IMG/VR virus record: IMGVR_UViG_3300025132_008118
DNA length: 64,000 nucleotides
Origin: a virus
Direction: 5' to 3' (one strand)
Shown here one piece after another: positions 8,524-17,936 of this stretch. The position numbers and the translations under genes are program-made. Every line of letters begins with the position of its first letter. The stretch's first letter is position 1. The notes below the pieces were generated by a model. The model saw nothing but the letters and a program-made list of their open reading frames with translations. It was not told the origin of the DNA and made no database searches.

Positions 8524-9863
8524 TGGAAGATATAGGTAGATTAAATTTAGATTATTATGAGCAGGTTATAGTTTATAAGAGCTTAACTAACGAAAGTTAT
8601 CTAACTCAAATTATAGATCATATAAAGCCGGATTACTTTAATGATAAAAATATTAAGACAGTCTTTAATTTAATAACTAATTTCTATATTAAGAGGCAGA
8701 GTATACCTACTATTACTGAATTAAAGTCATACTTAATTAATGATGAACTTAAAGAAAGTTTTAGATCAGTTGTAAAGAATTTTCCTAATATTGATAAAAA
8801 CTTTAATGATGAAGAATTAACTTCTAATACTGAACGTTTCTTAAAAGAAAGGGCAATATATAATACAATGTTATCAGTTGCTGAAGATGTTAGTAAAGGT
8901 GAAGTTAATACGAGTTTTATTTTAGATAGCTTTGAAAAAAGCTGTAACGTTAATTTAAAAGAAGAAATAGGTTTAGATTTATTCGAAAATATTGATAAGG
9001 TTGTAGATGATTTGAATATAGATCAACCTACCATATCTTCAGGTTGGAAATGGTTAGATGATAAAATAGATGGAGGTTTCTTAGAAAATGGTAGATCGTT
9101 ATATGTATTTGCTGGTGAATCTAACGTTGGTAAATCTATATTTTTAGGTAATATAGCTTGTAATATAGCTTCAAGAGGTAAGACGGTTTTAGTTATTAGT
9201 CTTGAAATGTCAGAGATGATATACGCAAGAAGATTATCATCTAATATAACTAGAATACCGATGAGAGAACTAAAAGGAGCTGGTCAATCTTTATCAGCTC
9301 AAATAAAAAGTTATAATAGTGGTAAACCTAATAGTAAAATTTTAATTAAAGAGTTTCCACCTAGTACTGTTACGCCGCAGAATATACAAGGTTATATTAC
9401 TGAATTAAAAAATAGAGGTATTAAAGTAGATGCAGTGGTTCTTGATTATTTGAATCTATTAAAAAGTCCTCTCGGTGATAATTCTTATGAAAGAGTTAAG
9501 CATGTTGCTGAGGGTATACGAGCATTAAGTTATGTTTTTGAATGCCCGTTTATTTCTGCAACTCAGTTAAATAGGTCAGGTTACGATGAAGAGAATCCTG
9601 GTTTAGATACCATATCAGAATCTATTGGAATGGCTGCTACTGCTGATTGTATTTTTAGTATATTTCAAGATGATGAAGATAAGGAGTTAGGTATAGTTAA
9701 GATGGGTATGATGAAAAATAGATATGGTGCTAATTATGGCTATACAGCATTAAGGTTAAATTATGACACGTTAACTATTTCAGAGGATGAAACGTTAAAC
9801 GTTGACGATGAAGGTAGCGAAATGTCTGATTTAACTAATACTCTCAACCTGTTGAGTAATTAA
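8523..9863 (+). CDS. gp41: Replicative DnaB-like helicase (T4 gp41-like)
   Basis: Walker A GESNVGKS, SLEMSE, IKEFPP, VVLDYLNL, SATQLNRSG, SESIG, KNRYG. Confidence 0.93.
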   Translation: MEDIGRLNLDYYEQVIVYKSLTNESYLTQIIDHIKPDYFNDKNIKTVFNLITNFYIKRQSIPTITELKSYLINDELKESFRSVVKNFPNIDKNFNDEELTSNTERFLKERAIYNTMLSVAEDVSKGEVNTSFILDSFEKSCNVNLKEEIGLDLFENIDKVVDDLNIDQPTISSGWKWLDDKIDGGFLENGRSLYVFAGESNVGKSIFLGNIACNIASRGKTVLVISLEMSEMIYARRLSSNITRIPMRELKGAGQSLSAQIKSYNSGKPNSKILIKEFPPSTVTPQNIQGYITELKNRGIKVDAVVLDYLNLLKSPLGDNSYERVKHVAEGIRALSYVFECPFISATQLNRSGYDEENPGLDTISESIGMAATADCIFSIFQDDEDKELGIVKMGMMKNRYGANYGYTALRLNYDTLTISEDETLNVDDEGSEMSDLTNTLNLLSN

Positions 9864-9873
9864 AAAGAGGAAC

Positions 9874-9879
9874 TAAATA
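9874..9879 (+). promoter_or_regulatory. Late promoter box TAAATA
   Basis: 6 nt before the ATG at 9886. Confidence 0.5.
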
Positions 9880-9885
9880 AAATAA

Positions 9886-10773
9886 ATGCCTAAGATCCAT
9901 ATAATTACAGATGCAGATCTAGACGGAGCTGGTTCATACTTATGTTTAAAGCAAGCTTATAATGATGTAACGTTAACGTATTCAGTTACCACAGAAAAAA
10001 AGTTTATTAGTGATGTAGCTTATTTTAAATTTGAAGATTATGATTTAGTAATTATTAGTGATTTAAATCTAAAAGAAAGTGAAATTAGACTTTGTGATTT
10101 AAAAAACGTTATTGTAATTGATCATCACGCTGAGCATATAGAACTAATTGATAATTATAAAAATGCTAAACCAATAGTAAAAGACTACCCATCATGTACT
10201 AAGTTAATATATGATACCTTCAAGTTAGAAAATAAGCTAAATAAAAATCAAAAATTATTGGTTAAACTAATAGATGATTACGATAGTTATAAATTAAAAT
10301 TACCGTTTAGTAAACCATTAAATCAAGTATTTTGGTCTTATACAGGGGATAGAGTTAATAAATTTGAAAATGATTTTAAAGATGGTTTTTTTGGTTTTAA
10401 TCAATTTCAAAAAAATGCTTTAAAAATTGTTGAAAATAAAATTAATAACTTTTTTAAAGATGAGACCATACACAGAGGTGATATAAAAATTGGTAATACT
10501 GTTTATAATGTAGCAGGTGTTATGGTATCATTTAGCCCGAATGAAATAGCTGAACGTATTATAGATCAATATGGAGTAGATTTCGTTATAATGGTAAACC
10601 TGGAAGGTAAAAGTGTTTATATGAGACGGAGCAATAATTGCCCGCTGAATATGGGTAGATTAGCCTTTAAACTTATGAACGGCGGCGGTCATCATGATGC
10701 TGCTGGTGGAACTTTAAACGATTCGATAATTAATATTACTAAATTACTTAAACCAATTATTAATGAAAAATAA
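9886..10773 (+). CDS. DHH/DHHA1-family phosphoesterase
   Basis: DADLDG, ISDL, IDHH, DDYD, GGGHHDAAG. Confidence 0.85.
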   Translation: MPKIHIITDADLDGAGSYLCLKQAYNDVTLTYSVTTEKKFISDVAYFKFEDYDLVIISDLNLKESEIRLCDLKNVIVIDHHAEHIELIDNYKNAKPIVKDYPSCTKLIYDTFKLENKLNKNQKLLVKLIDDYDSYKLKLPFSKPLNQVFWSYTGDRVNKFENDFKDGFFGFNQFQKNALKIVENKINNFFKDETIHRGDIKIGNTVYNVAGVMVSFSPNEIAERIIDQYGVDFVIMVNLEGKSVYMRRSNNCPLNMGRLAFKLMNGGGHHDAAGGTLNDSIINITKLLKPIINEK

Positions 10774-11047
10774 TAGCCCTTATCAAAATATTCAAACTGC
10801 AGAGTTTGAAAAATCTTTTTATTCATTTTGCACTTTCGTAGCGCTATTACATGATAAAAAAATGAATTTTGCTACTGTTTTCTTAAAAATACTTGAAAAT
10901 AAAGCTTTACGTGATATATTTATTAGTATTATAGAAGAAGAAAATGACTTTACCGCAATTAAAAAATATATTCAAACTGAACCTTCTGTGACTAAAAGTA
11001 AGTATGTAACTAAATTTTTGAATAAATTTGATGGATTCAATGACTGA
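10763..11047 (+). CDS. Hypothetical protein (gp33-like by position only)
   Basis: 94-aa ORF overlapping both neighbours. Confidence 0.45.
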   Translation: MKNNSPYQNIQTAEFEKSFYSFCTFVALLHDKKMNFATVFLKILENKALRDIFISIIEEENDFTAIKKYIQTEPSVTKSKYVTKFLNKFDGFND

Positions 11048-11672
11048 TATAGAAAAGGTAATTTATAATAATTTTTTAGAAGTTAGTAAAAAGGTTAATA
11101 ACAAGCCAGTAAAGTATAGAAAGAATTTTGATAATTTTCCGGATGAAAGTTATATCATTGTTAATAAATTAAGTAGTTTTTTCTTTAAATTTAAACATTT
11201 AAAAATAAAAGATTTTTTCGAAGCACCGTATTTTGTTTACGATGAAAATTATTTTGATTTAAAATTTTATCTTGGACCTAAAGCAATAAAAGCCTATACT
11301 TTATACAATGATAAGTTTCTTTTGAATAATCCTGATGATGATAAGACATTATCTAAAATGCAAGAATCGATAAAATTTATTTACAACTATTGTAAAGAAA
11401 GAGATGTCAATATTAAAGATTACCTTACAATAAAAGAAGGTGAATATAATGTTTTTCTTAAGCATATAAAAAATAGAGATATTATTATCTTTGTATTATT
11501 TGCTTTTAGTAATTTTGAAAAAGTAGTAGGTTCTATAGATACAGAGATAAAAAATATGTATAGTTCTAATTTCTCTCGATTGAACTATATTAGAACAAAA
11601 TACTATTCTAGCTCTAAAGCAAAGAAAATAATTAATAATTTTAAAATATTCGTTGAAAAACGAAAAGTATAG
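11028..11672 (+). CDS. Hypothetical protein, possible gp59-like helicase loader (start probably 11040)
   Basis: Basic and aromatic-rich, about 210 aa, directly upstream of gp32 as T4 gene 59 is. Confidence 0.4.
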   Translation: MMDSMTDIEKVIYNNFLEVSKKVNNKPVKYRKNFDNFPDESYIIVNKLSSFFFKFKHLKIKDFFEAPYFVYDENYFDLKFYLGPKAIKAYTLYNDKFLLNNPDDDKTLSKMQESIKFIYNYCKERDVNIKDYLTIKEGEYNVFLKHIKNRDIIIFVLFAFSNFEKVVGSIDTEIKNMYSSNFSRLNYIRTKYYSSSKAKKIINNFKIFVEKRKV

Positions 11673-11680
11673 TCTATAAT
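11653..11680 (+). promoter_or_regulatory. sigma70-type promoter TTGAAA-N16-TATAAT
   Basis: ATG of gp32 6 nt downstream. Confidence 0.65.
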
Positions 11681-11686
11681 TAAATT

Positions 11687-12544
11687 ATGAGTAATATAAC
11701 GAGTTCAATGTTTGATAGTATTAAGTCTGCATTAGCAGCAGATAATGATAATAATAAGAGTGCAATAGGTGATATCTTAAAGACGCCTCCTGGTAATACC
11801 TTTACTGTAAGGTTACTACCTTATGCTAAGGATCCTTCTAAGACGTTCTTTCATTATTATCAGCATGGTTGGAATAGTTTTGCTACTGGTCAATATACAA
11901 GTGCAATATCTCTTCAAACCTTTGGTGAGAGAGATCCTATTGCTGAAGAGCGATATAAGATTCTTCGTACTGGTAATGAAGAAGAAAAAGAGAAGGCTAA
12001 GGCAATTGTACGTTCTGAGAAATGGTTAGTTAATGTATATGTTGTTAATGACCCTGTTAATCCTGAAAATAATGGTAAGGTTAAAATGCTTCGTTATGGT
12101 AAGCAGATTCATAATATTATTACTGATGCAATTGAAGGTGAAGATGCAGCCGAATTAGGTCCTCGTATATTTGATCTTGGTCCAGATGGTGTTAACTTTA
12201 GAGTTAAGGTTGAGAAGCAAGGTGATTTCCCGACTTATGTATCGTCTAAGTTTGGTATGCCGGGTGCAATTGATAATCTAGATGAAGATCGTCATAATGC
12301 AATTTATGAAAACGTATTTGAACTATCTAGTGTATTTAGCGTTAAGAGTGCAAATGAACTTAAGACGATGATGGATGAGCATTATTATGTTAGAGATGCA
12401 TCAGCTGATAATAGTGTTGTTGAAAATGTGGTAGTCGATACCCCTATTGAAACTACTCCTACAGCAGCTCCTGTTACTGAGACTAAAAAAGATGATAATG
12501 AAGATGAAGTTCTAAAAGAGCTACTTGAAGGTTTAGACGTTTAG
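11687..12544 (+). CDS. gp32: Single-stranded DNA-binding protein (T4 gp32-like)
   Basis: VRLLP, HGW, TFGERDPIAE, NVYVVNDPVNPENNGKV..L.YGKQI, FDL, acidic C-terminal tail. Confidence 0.92.
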   Translation: MSNITSSMFDSIKSALAADNDNNKSAIGDILKTPPGNTFTVRLLPYAKDPSKTFFHYYQHGWNSFATGQYTSAISLQTFGERDPIAEERYKILRTGNEEEKEKAKAIVRSEKWLVNVYVVNDPVNPENNGKVKMLRYGKQIHNIITDAIEGEDAAELGPRIFDLGPDGVNFRVKVEKQGDFPTYVSSKFGMPGAIDNLDEDRHNAIYENVFELSSVFSVKSANELKTMMDEHYYVRDASADNSVVENVVVDTPIETTPTAAPVTETKKDDNEDEVLKELLEGLDV

Positions 12545-12548
12545 TAAT

Positions 12549-13103
12549 ATGAGCGATCAAATGCCAGAAATGATACCAATGCCTGGTAATCCAGGTGGAG
12601 GACCCCCTCCGTCAGAGTTATCACGAAAGCTATCTCCGCAGGAAGAAAGAGATACATTACTCAATTTTATGGGTCATATGTACGGGGAAGCAAAAAAAAT
12701 GGATGGTAACATTATTGGTGAAGCTACTACTTTGAAGAGGGGTGCGGGTGAGGAAATAAAGAAGCAAATTGAACAAGTTTATGCTCAACCGCATCAGCCT
12801 GCACCACCTCCGGTGCAGGCTACTCCTCCTCAACCAGAAGTACAACAATCTCAAGTAAGTGTGGAGCAACCAGTAGTATCTATTCAAGAGCAATCAGTAG
12901 ATAATAGTCAATTATCATTTAACTTTAATACTACAGAAAAAGATGAGTTATTTTTATTAGTTGAAAGAGTTTTGACTAGATTAGACCGTTTAAATAAAAA
13001 AGTTGATGATTTAACTGAAACGGTAAAAAATTCTAAAGTTACTTCCTTACCTATAAAAAAGCAAACAAAAAAAAAGTCAGTGGGTAAAAAAGAGGAAGTC
13101 TAA
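12549..13103 (+). CDS. Hypothetical Pro/Gln-rich protein
   Basis: 184-aa ORF with low-complexity linker, coiled-coil and basic tail. Confidence 0.55.
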   Translation: MSDQMPEMIPMPGNPGGGPPPSELSRKLSPQEERDTLLNFMGHMYGEAKKMDGNIIGEATTLKRGAGEEIKKQIEQVYAQPHQPAPPPVQATPPQPEVQQSQVSVEQPVVSIQEQSVDNSQLSFNFNTTEKDELFLLVERVLTRLDRLNKKVDDLTETVKNSKVTSLPIKKQTKKKSVGKKEEV

Positions 13104-13120
13104 TATAATAGATATAGTTT

Positions 13121-13855
13121 ATGGGTTATTTAAAAATTAAAAATAAAAAAGATTTTGTATCTAACTTTTTAGGTCCAGTTTCAAATCTAAATGATGCTTG
13201 TATTTTATCTGTAAAAGATAATATAATAAGTTGTACATTAGCATCAGCAGATGCAACTATAGTATGTAAATCATCTATGGAAGTAAATACTGATATACCT
13301 AATAATACGACTTTAAATTTACCTGATATTAAGAAACTTATTAGAGTTTTAGATATTATACCTACAGCAGATGTCGAACTAAAGGTAAACGAAAATAATT
13401 TATCTTATAATCAGAATGGTTATAAGTTTAAATACCATTTATTGGATGATGGTATTATTAAACAACCTTCTTTAAACGTTGAAAAGGTAAAAAAGCTTGA
13501 ATTTAATACTAAATTTGTAGTTAAAGAAAGTGAATTAAATACTTTGTTTAAAGGTAGTAGTTTTGCTACTGAAACATCTAAGGTCTATCTTTTTGAAGAA
13601 GATAATAAGATTTATAGTGAGTTAGGTGATAGATCTAGACATAATTCAGATAACTTTGTATGTTTATTGAGTGATAATTTTGAAGGTAATATAGTTAAAC
13701 CTCTACCAGTAAACTTCGATTCATTTCGTTTAGTAAGTTTTTCGGGTAGTCGAGAAGTTAACTTTAGTGTTAATACAGATATGGGGGTAATAACTTGCAA
13801 CTTTAAAAGGGGTGATAGTGAATTGATTTATATTATCTCCGCATTAATTAATTAA
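13121..13855 (+). CDS. gp45: DNA polymerase sliding clamp (gp45-like)
   Basis: 244 aa; LNLPDIKKL..VL, KFKYHLLDDGII..P pattern; position in the replication block. Confidence 0.7.
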   Translation: MGYLKIKNKKDFVSNFLGPVSNLNDACILSVKDNIISCTLASADATIVCKSSMEVNTDIPNNTTLNLPDIKKLIRVLDIIPTADVELKVNENNLSYNQNGYKFKYHLLDDGIIKQPSLNVEKVKKLEFNTKFVVKESELNTLFKGSSFATETSKVYLFEEDNKIYSELGDRSRHNSDNFVCLLSDNFEGNIVKPLPVNFDSFRLVSFSGSREVNFSVNTDMGVITCNFKRGDSELIYIISALIN

Positions 13856-13858
13856 TAT

Positions 13859-14215
13859 ATGAAGAAGGATTGGTCAGAACATAAAGTAAAAAATAAAATT
13901 AAAACTGCAGGTTATTTTATTAAGAGATTGAAAGATAACGGTTTTGTCGTTTTAAAAATGTTTAACGCATATTCACAAGTAGATCCAAGAAGATGGTCTG
14001 TACTAGTTGACCCGGGTTATCATAGTGTATACATTACCTGTTTTAATAATAAAGATGAAAAAGGTGAAGTACTATTTGAATTCGATGACGGAGGTAATAA
14101 CTTTAATAAAGGATTTTATTTAAAAACTGACAGTATCGAAGCTGTTATAAATCAGCTACTTGAAAAGGGTATCAATAATGACCCAGCGAAAAATCCATTT
14201 AGTAGAATTAAATAA
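13859..14215 (+). CDS. Hypothetical protein
   Basis: 118-aa ORF in operon context. Confidence 0.55.
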   Translation: MKKDWSEHKVKNKIKTAGYFIKRLKDNGFVVLKMFNAYSQVDPRRWSVLVDPGYHSVYITCFNNKDEKGEVLFEFDDGGNNFNKGFYLKTDSIEAVINQLLEKGINNDPAKNPFSRIK

Positions 14216-14219
14216 TTAA

Positions 14220-14543
14220 ATGAGTGACGAAGACGAAAACAACGAGAGCGAAGAAGATCTAGTTGATAAGAACATCGTCAATAAAGATATCGACCCTGAT
14301 ACTGAAAGTTTAATAAGAGATGCTTTAAAAACTTTAGTCCAAGAAAAATTTAATAACAGAAAAACCGATGATGAAATCGAAGCAATGATTTCAACATGTG
14401 CTGAGTTTATGAAATGTTTTGTTATTATGGGTTACGACTTTAAAGGTAATTCAATAAAACCTATTTTCTATGCAAAAAATGATATAGATACCGATGCTCT
14501 TACTCAGTATATTCAAAAATTTATAATGAATTCTTTACATTGA
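14220..14543 (+). CDS. Hypothetical protein (late box TAAATA at 14209-14214)
   Basis: 107-aa ORF with acidic N-terminus. Confidence 0.5.
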   Translation: MSDEDENNESEEDLVDKNIVNKDIDPDTESLIRDALKTLVQEKFNNRKTDDEIEAMISTCAEFMKCFVIMGYDFKGNSIKPIFYAKNDIDTDALTQYIQKFIMNSLH

Positions 14544-14567
14544 TTTTTAGTTTTTTTAAGCTAAAAT
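14540..14567 (+). promoter_or_regulatory. sigma70-type promoter TTGATT-N16-TAAAAT
   Basis: ATG 6 nt downstream at 14574. Confidence 0.6.
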
Positions 14568-14573
14568 ATATAT

Positions 14574-15452
14574 ATGAATGTTTTAATACTCGGTAAGGGT
14601 TATGTAGGTAACCATTTACTAACATATCTAACTAATGCATCTAAAGATGACGTGCATTTAAATCTATTTTATAAATCTAAAAAAGATTTGGATTATACTA
14701 ATTCTGAAATATTGTATAATTTTTGTTTATCAGAAGAAATTGAAACAGTTATCAATGCTTCAGGCTATACTGGTTCACCTAATGTAGATAGTTGTGAAGA
14801 TAATAAACAAGATTGCTTTTTTTACAACGTAAATGTCCCAGTAAGTATTGAAAGTATTTGTAAATCTTTAGATATTAATTTTATTCATATTGGTTCAGGG
14901 TGTATATATGAAGGGTATGAAAAAGAATTTACAGAAAAATGTACACCTAATTTTGGATTATATCAACCGCATTCAAGCTTTTATAGTAAGACAAAACATA
15001 TATCTGAATTAATGCTCGATACTAATTTTACTAATATTATTCGAATTAGAATGCCTATTGAATGTAAGTTAACTAAAAAAAATCTATTAACTAAACTTAT
15101 GAATTACCCTAATTTGATTGATTTTGTCAATAGTAAAACAGATATGATAGTTTTATGTAAATTTATCGAAACTGTAATAAAAAACTTTAAAGCTGGTATA
15201 TACAATGCAGTTCACTCGAGTGCATTAGGTACTGAAGAGGTTATTGACATTTTAAAAGAGTATGGTATTAAAAATGACGATTGGAAGTTTATACCTTACG
15301 ATGAGCTTGAAATAAAATGTAATCGGAGTAATTGTGTGTTATCTAATCAAAAAGCCAAAGATGAATTTGATTTTGATTTCGGGAATGAAGAACATTACTT
15401 AAGAATAAACGCATCTATGATTGGAAGGGAATTAAAATGGAAAAAGAATTAG
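14574..15452 (+). CDS. NDP-4-keto-6-deoxyglucose reductase, RmlD or NRS/ER (3,5-epimerase/4-reductase)-like SDR
   Basis: ILGKGYVG, INASGYTGSPNVDSCE, HIGSGCIYEG, SFYSKTK, RIRMPI. Confidence 0.75.
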   Translation: MNVLILGKGYVGNHLLTYLTNASKDDVHLNLFYKSKKDLDYTNSEILYNFCLSEEIETVINASGYTGSPNVDSCEDNKQDCFFYNVNVPVSIESICKSLDINFIHIGSGCIYEGYEKEFTEKCTPNFGLYQPHSSFYSKTKHISELMLDTNFTNIIRIRMPIECKLTKKNLLTKLMNYPNLIDFVNSKTDMIVLCKFIETVIKNFKAGIYNAVHSSALGTEEVIDILKEYGIKNDDWKFIPYDELEIKCNRSNCVLSNQKAKDEFDFDFGNEEHYLRINASMIGRELKWKKN

Positions 15453-15871
15453 TGGGGTTTACAGCAGGTAATTTTGATTTATTACATCCTGGTTACATAT
15501 ATACTTTTGAAGAAGCAAAAAGACATTGCGATAGATTTTTAGTATTCCTACAGAAAGATCCTTCAGCTACTAGATATACAAAATACAAACCTGTTATACC
15601 TTATTATGAAAGATATAAGACGTTAATGGCAATTCAGTATGTTGATGAAGTTTATATGTACCAAACAGAAGAAGAATTAATAGAATTAATTAAATTTTTT
15701 AAACCTGATATTAGAATTTTAGGTGAAGATTATATTGGTAAATCATTTACAGGTGACAATTTACCTGGTAAAGTTATATATACAACTAGATCTCATGAAT
15801 GGTCAACAACTAGAATTAAAGATTTAATTACTCAACAAACTATAAAACAAAATCCTGATATAATTAAATGA
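15437..15871 (+). CDS. Cytidylyltransferase (TagD-like)
   Basis: FTAGNFDLLHPGY, RY..L.AIQYVDEV, ILGEDY, WSTTRIK. Confidence 0.82.
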   Translation: MEKELVGFTAGNFDLLHPGYIYTFEEAKRHCDRFLVFLQKDPSATRYTKYKPVIPYYERYKTLMAIQYVDEVYMYQTEEELIELIKFFKPDIRILGEDYIGKSFTGDNLPGKVIYTTRSHEWSTTRIKDLITQQTIKQNPDIIK

Positions 15872-16728
15872 GTAGAAAAATATTAGTAACAGGTGGCGCC
15901 GGTTTTATCGGTAGCCATTTATGTGAAAGATTAGTAAAAAAAGGTTATGATGTAACGTCAATTGATAATTATTTTACCGGTAATAAAGATAACCATGTTG
16001 ACGGTGTAAAATATATTACTGGTAACACGGGAGATATTAAATGGTCTGAATTGGATACACCAGATATTGTTTACCATTTAGGTGAATATTCTCGAGTAGA
16101 GCAAAGCTTTCAAGATATTGAATTAGTGTATAAATTTAACACTCTAGGTACAGTTAAAGTATTGGAATTTGTAAAAGATCGCGGCTGCAAACTTATTTAC
16201 GCTGGCAGTGGTACAAAATTTAGTGATAACGGTGCTAACGCATCTCCTTACGCTTTTACAAAAGCTCAAAATACACAATTAATTATAAATTACGGTAAAT
16301 GGTATAATATATCTTACGCAATAACATATTTTTATAATGTATATGGTCCAAGAGAAATAAAAAATGGTAAGTATGCAACTCTTATAGCATTATATAAAGA
16401 AAAGGTAAAAAATGGTAAAAATCTACCAGTAGTTTTACCTGGCGTTCAAAGAAGAAATTTTACTCATATAGATGACATTGTTGATGGGTTAATATTAGTT
16501 GGGGATAAAGGTCAAGGCGATAATTATGGTATTGGTCATCATGAATCATATTCAGTTATCGATGTTGCAATGATGTTTTCTAATTATTTTAACGTTGACA
16601 TAGAAGAGTTGCCAGAACGAAAAGGTAATAGAATAACTGGTGACTTAGTTACTGAAAAAATAAAATCTTTAGGGTGGTTACCTAAGAAAAATTTAAAGGA
16701 ATATATAAAAAATGAAAGAAGAAGGTAA
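15868..16728 (+). CDS. NAD-dependent nucleotide-sugar epimerase/dehydratase
   Basis: VTGGAGFIGSHL, SPYAFTK (YxxxK), YFYNVYGP, RNFTHIDDIV. Confidence 0.88.
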   Translation: MSRKILVTGGAGFIGSHLCERLVKKGYDVTSIDNYFTGNKDNHVDGVKYITGNTGDIKWSELDTPDIVYHLGEYSRVEQSFQDIELVYKFNTLGTVKVLEFVKDRGCKLIYAGSGTKFSDNGANASPYAFTKAQNTQLIINYGKWYNISYAITYFYNVYGPREIKNGKYATLIALYKEKVKNGKNLPVVLPGVQRRNFTHIDDIVDGLILVGDKGQGDNYGIGHHESYSVIDVAMMFSNYFNVDIEELPERKGNRITGDLVTEKIKSLGWLPKKNLKEYIKNERRR

Positions 16729-17671
16729 AAATATACTAGTAACGGGTGGTTACGGGTTCATCGGTGGTAACTTTATACGATTTCTACGAGATAACTTCCC
16801 TCAGCATAAAATAACATGTATAGATAAAGATGGTTATGCATCAAATAAAGATTATGTTAAGGGGTTATGCGATAAAGAGTATAAATTAGATATTATCAAT
16901 ACATTAGAGTTAGAAAATGTTTTTTTAACTAATGATAAGTTTGATTACGTTTTTCATTTTGCAGCAGAATCTCATGTTGATAATAGTATTAGCGGTCCCA
17001 AGGTTTTTATTGAATCAAACGTATTAGGTACGCAAAATATGTTAGAATGTTTCCGGAAAATTAATAATAATTACGGTAGATTTATACATATTAGTACTGA
17101 TGAGGTTTACGGGCATCTAGGGTTCAATGATCCATCATTTACTGAGTTAACTCCTATTGCACCTCGTTCTCCCTATGCTGCAAGTAAGGCATCAAGCGAT
17201 CTCTTATGTATGTCATATATTGAAACGTTTGATTGTAACATAAGTATAACGAGATGTTGTAATAACTATGGTCCAAATCAGCATAATGAAAAATTTATAC
17301 CAACAATCATAAAATCCTTGAGTCAAGGTAAGAAAGTACCGATATATGGCGAAGGTTTAAACGTTCGTGAGTGGGTACATGTACATGACCACAATTTAGC
17401 AGTGTGGTCTGTTGCAACACAAGGTAAAAATGAAGTTTATAATATTGGATCCGGTCTAGAACTATCAAATATTGAATTAGTAGATAAAATATGTACAATT
17501 ATGGGTAAGGACTTAGATAAAAACGTTATTTTTGTTAAAGATAGGCTCGGTCATGACTTTAGATACAGTATTAATTGCAATAAAATTAAAGAAGACTTGT
17601 TATATGAACCATTATACAATGATTTTGATGAACAATTAGCGGAATTAGTAAAAATTTATGAGGAAATCTAA
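16712..17671 (+). CDS. rmlB: dTDP-glucose 4,6-dehydratase
   Basis: VTGGYGFIG, HFAAESHVDNSI, HISTDEVYG, YAASKA, NNYGPNQH.EKFIP, DRLGHDFRY. Confidence 0.92.
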   Translation: MKEEGKNILVTGGYGFIGGNFIRFLRDNFPQHKITCIDKDGYASNKDYVKGLCDKEYKLDIINTLELENVFLTNDKFDYVFHFAAESHVDNSISGPKVFIESNVLGTQNMLECFRKINNNYGRFIHISTDEVYGHLGFNDPSFTELTPIAPRSPYAASKASSDLLCMSYIETFDCNISITRCCNNYGPNQHNEKFIPTIIKSLSQGKKVPIYGEGLNVREWVHVHDHNLAVWSVATQGKNEVYNIGSGLELSNIELVDKICTIMGKDLDKNVIFVKDRLGHDFRYSINCNKIKEDLLYEPLYNDFDEQLAELVKIYEEI

Positions 17672-17936
17672 GATAAAAGCTGGGAACATGTATGCTTGTC
17701 ATCATGGACAGTGGGCAGGTCAAATGTTTTGTTTTATACGCCAGAATAAAAAGGAACAGACGTATAATTTTTTAAGAATGCCTGATATGGTAACAGTAGA
17801 AATGTCTCAAAACGATTTTAATAACGGTTTAGATAAGGATATTATAAAATTTGTCGAAAAATGTCCAAAATACGTGTTTAAAGTTATAGAATCTCAATAT
17901 AAAAAGAATGAAAATACTAACGATAGACGGAAATAA
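17658..17936 (+). CDS. Hypothetical protein
   Basis: 92-aa ORF overlapping both neighbours. Confidence 0.5.
   Translation: MRKSKIKAGNMYACHHGQWAGQMFCFIRQNKKEQTYNFLRMPDMVTVEMSQNDFNNGLDKDIIKFVEKCPKYVFKVIESQYKKNENTNDRRK

Noticed and set aside
11687-12544. Zn-free gp32 as a novelty
   Set aside because: The Cys ligands are absent (TFGERDPIAE), but Cys-less gp32 is already typical of marine T4-like phages
6044-17671. Bacterial LPS/O-antigen operon, meaning a host chromosome or prophage boundary
   Set aside because: The sugar genes overlap or interleave with T4-like helicase, gp32, gp45 and RNase H and share the phage promoter style; there are no host housekeeping genes, integrase or att site
14574-17671. 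Giant eukaryotic virus (NCLDV) origin suggested by the NRS/ER-like enzyme
   Set aside because: Contractile tail, baseplate, T4 terminase and sigma-type promoters show a tailed bacteriophage
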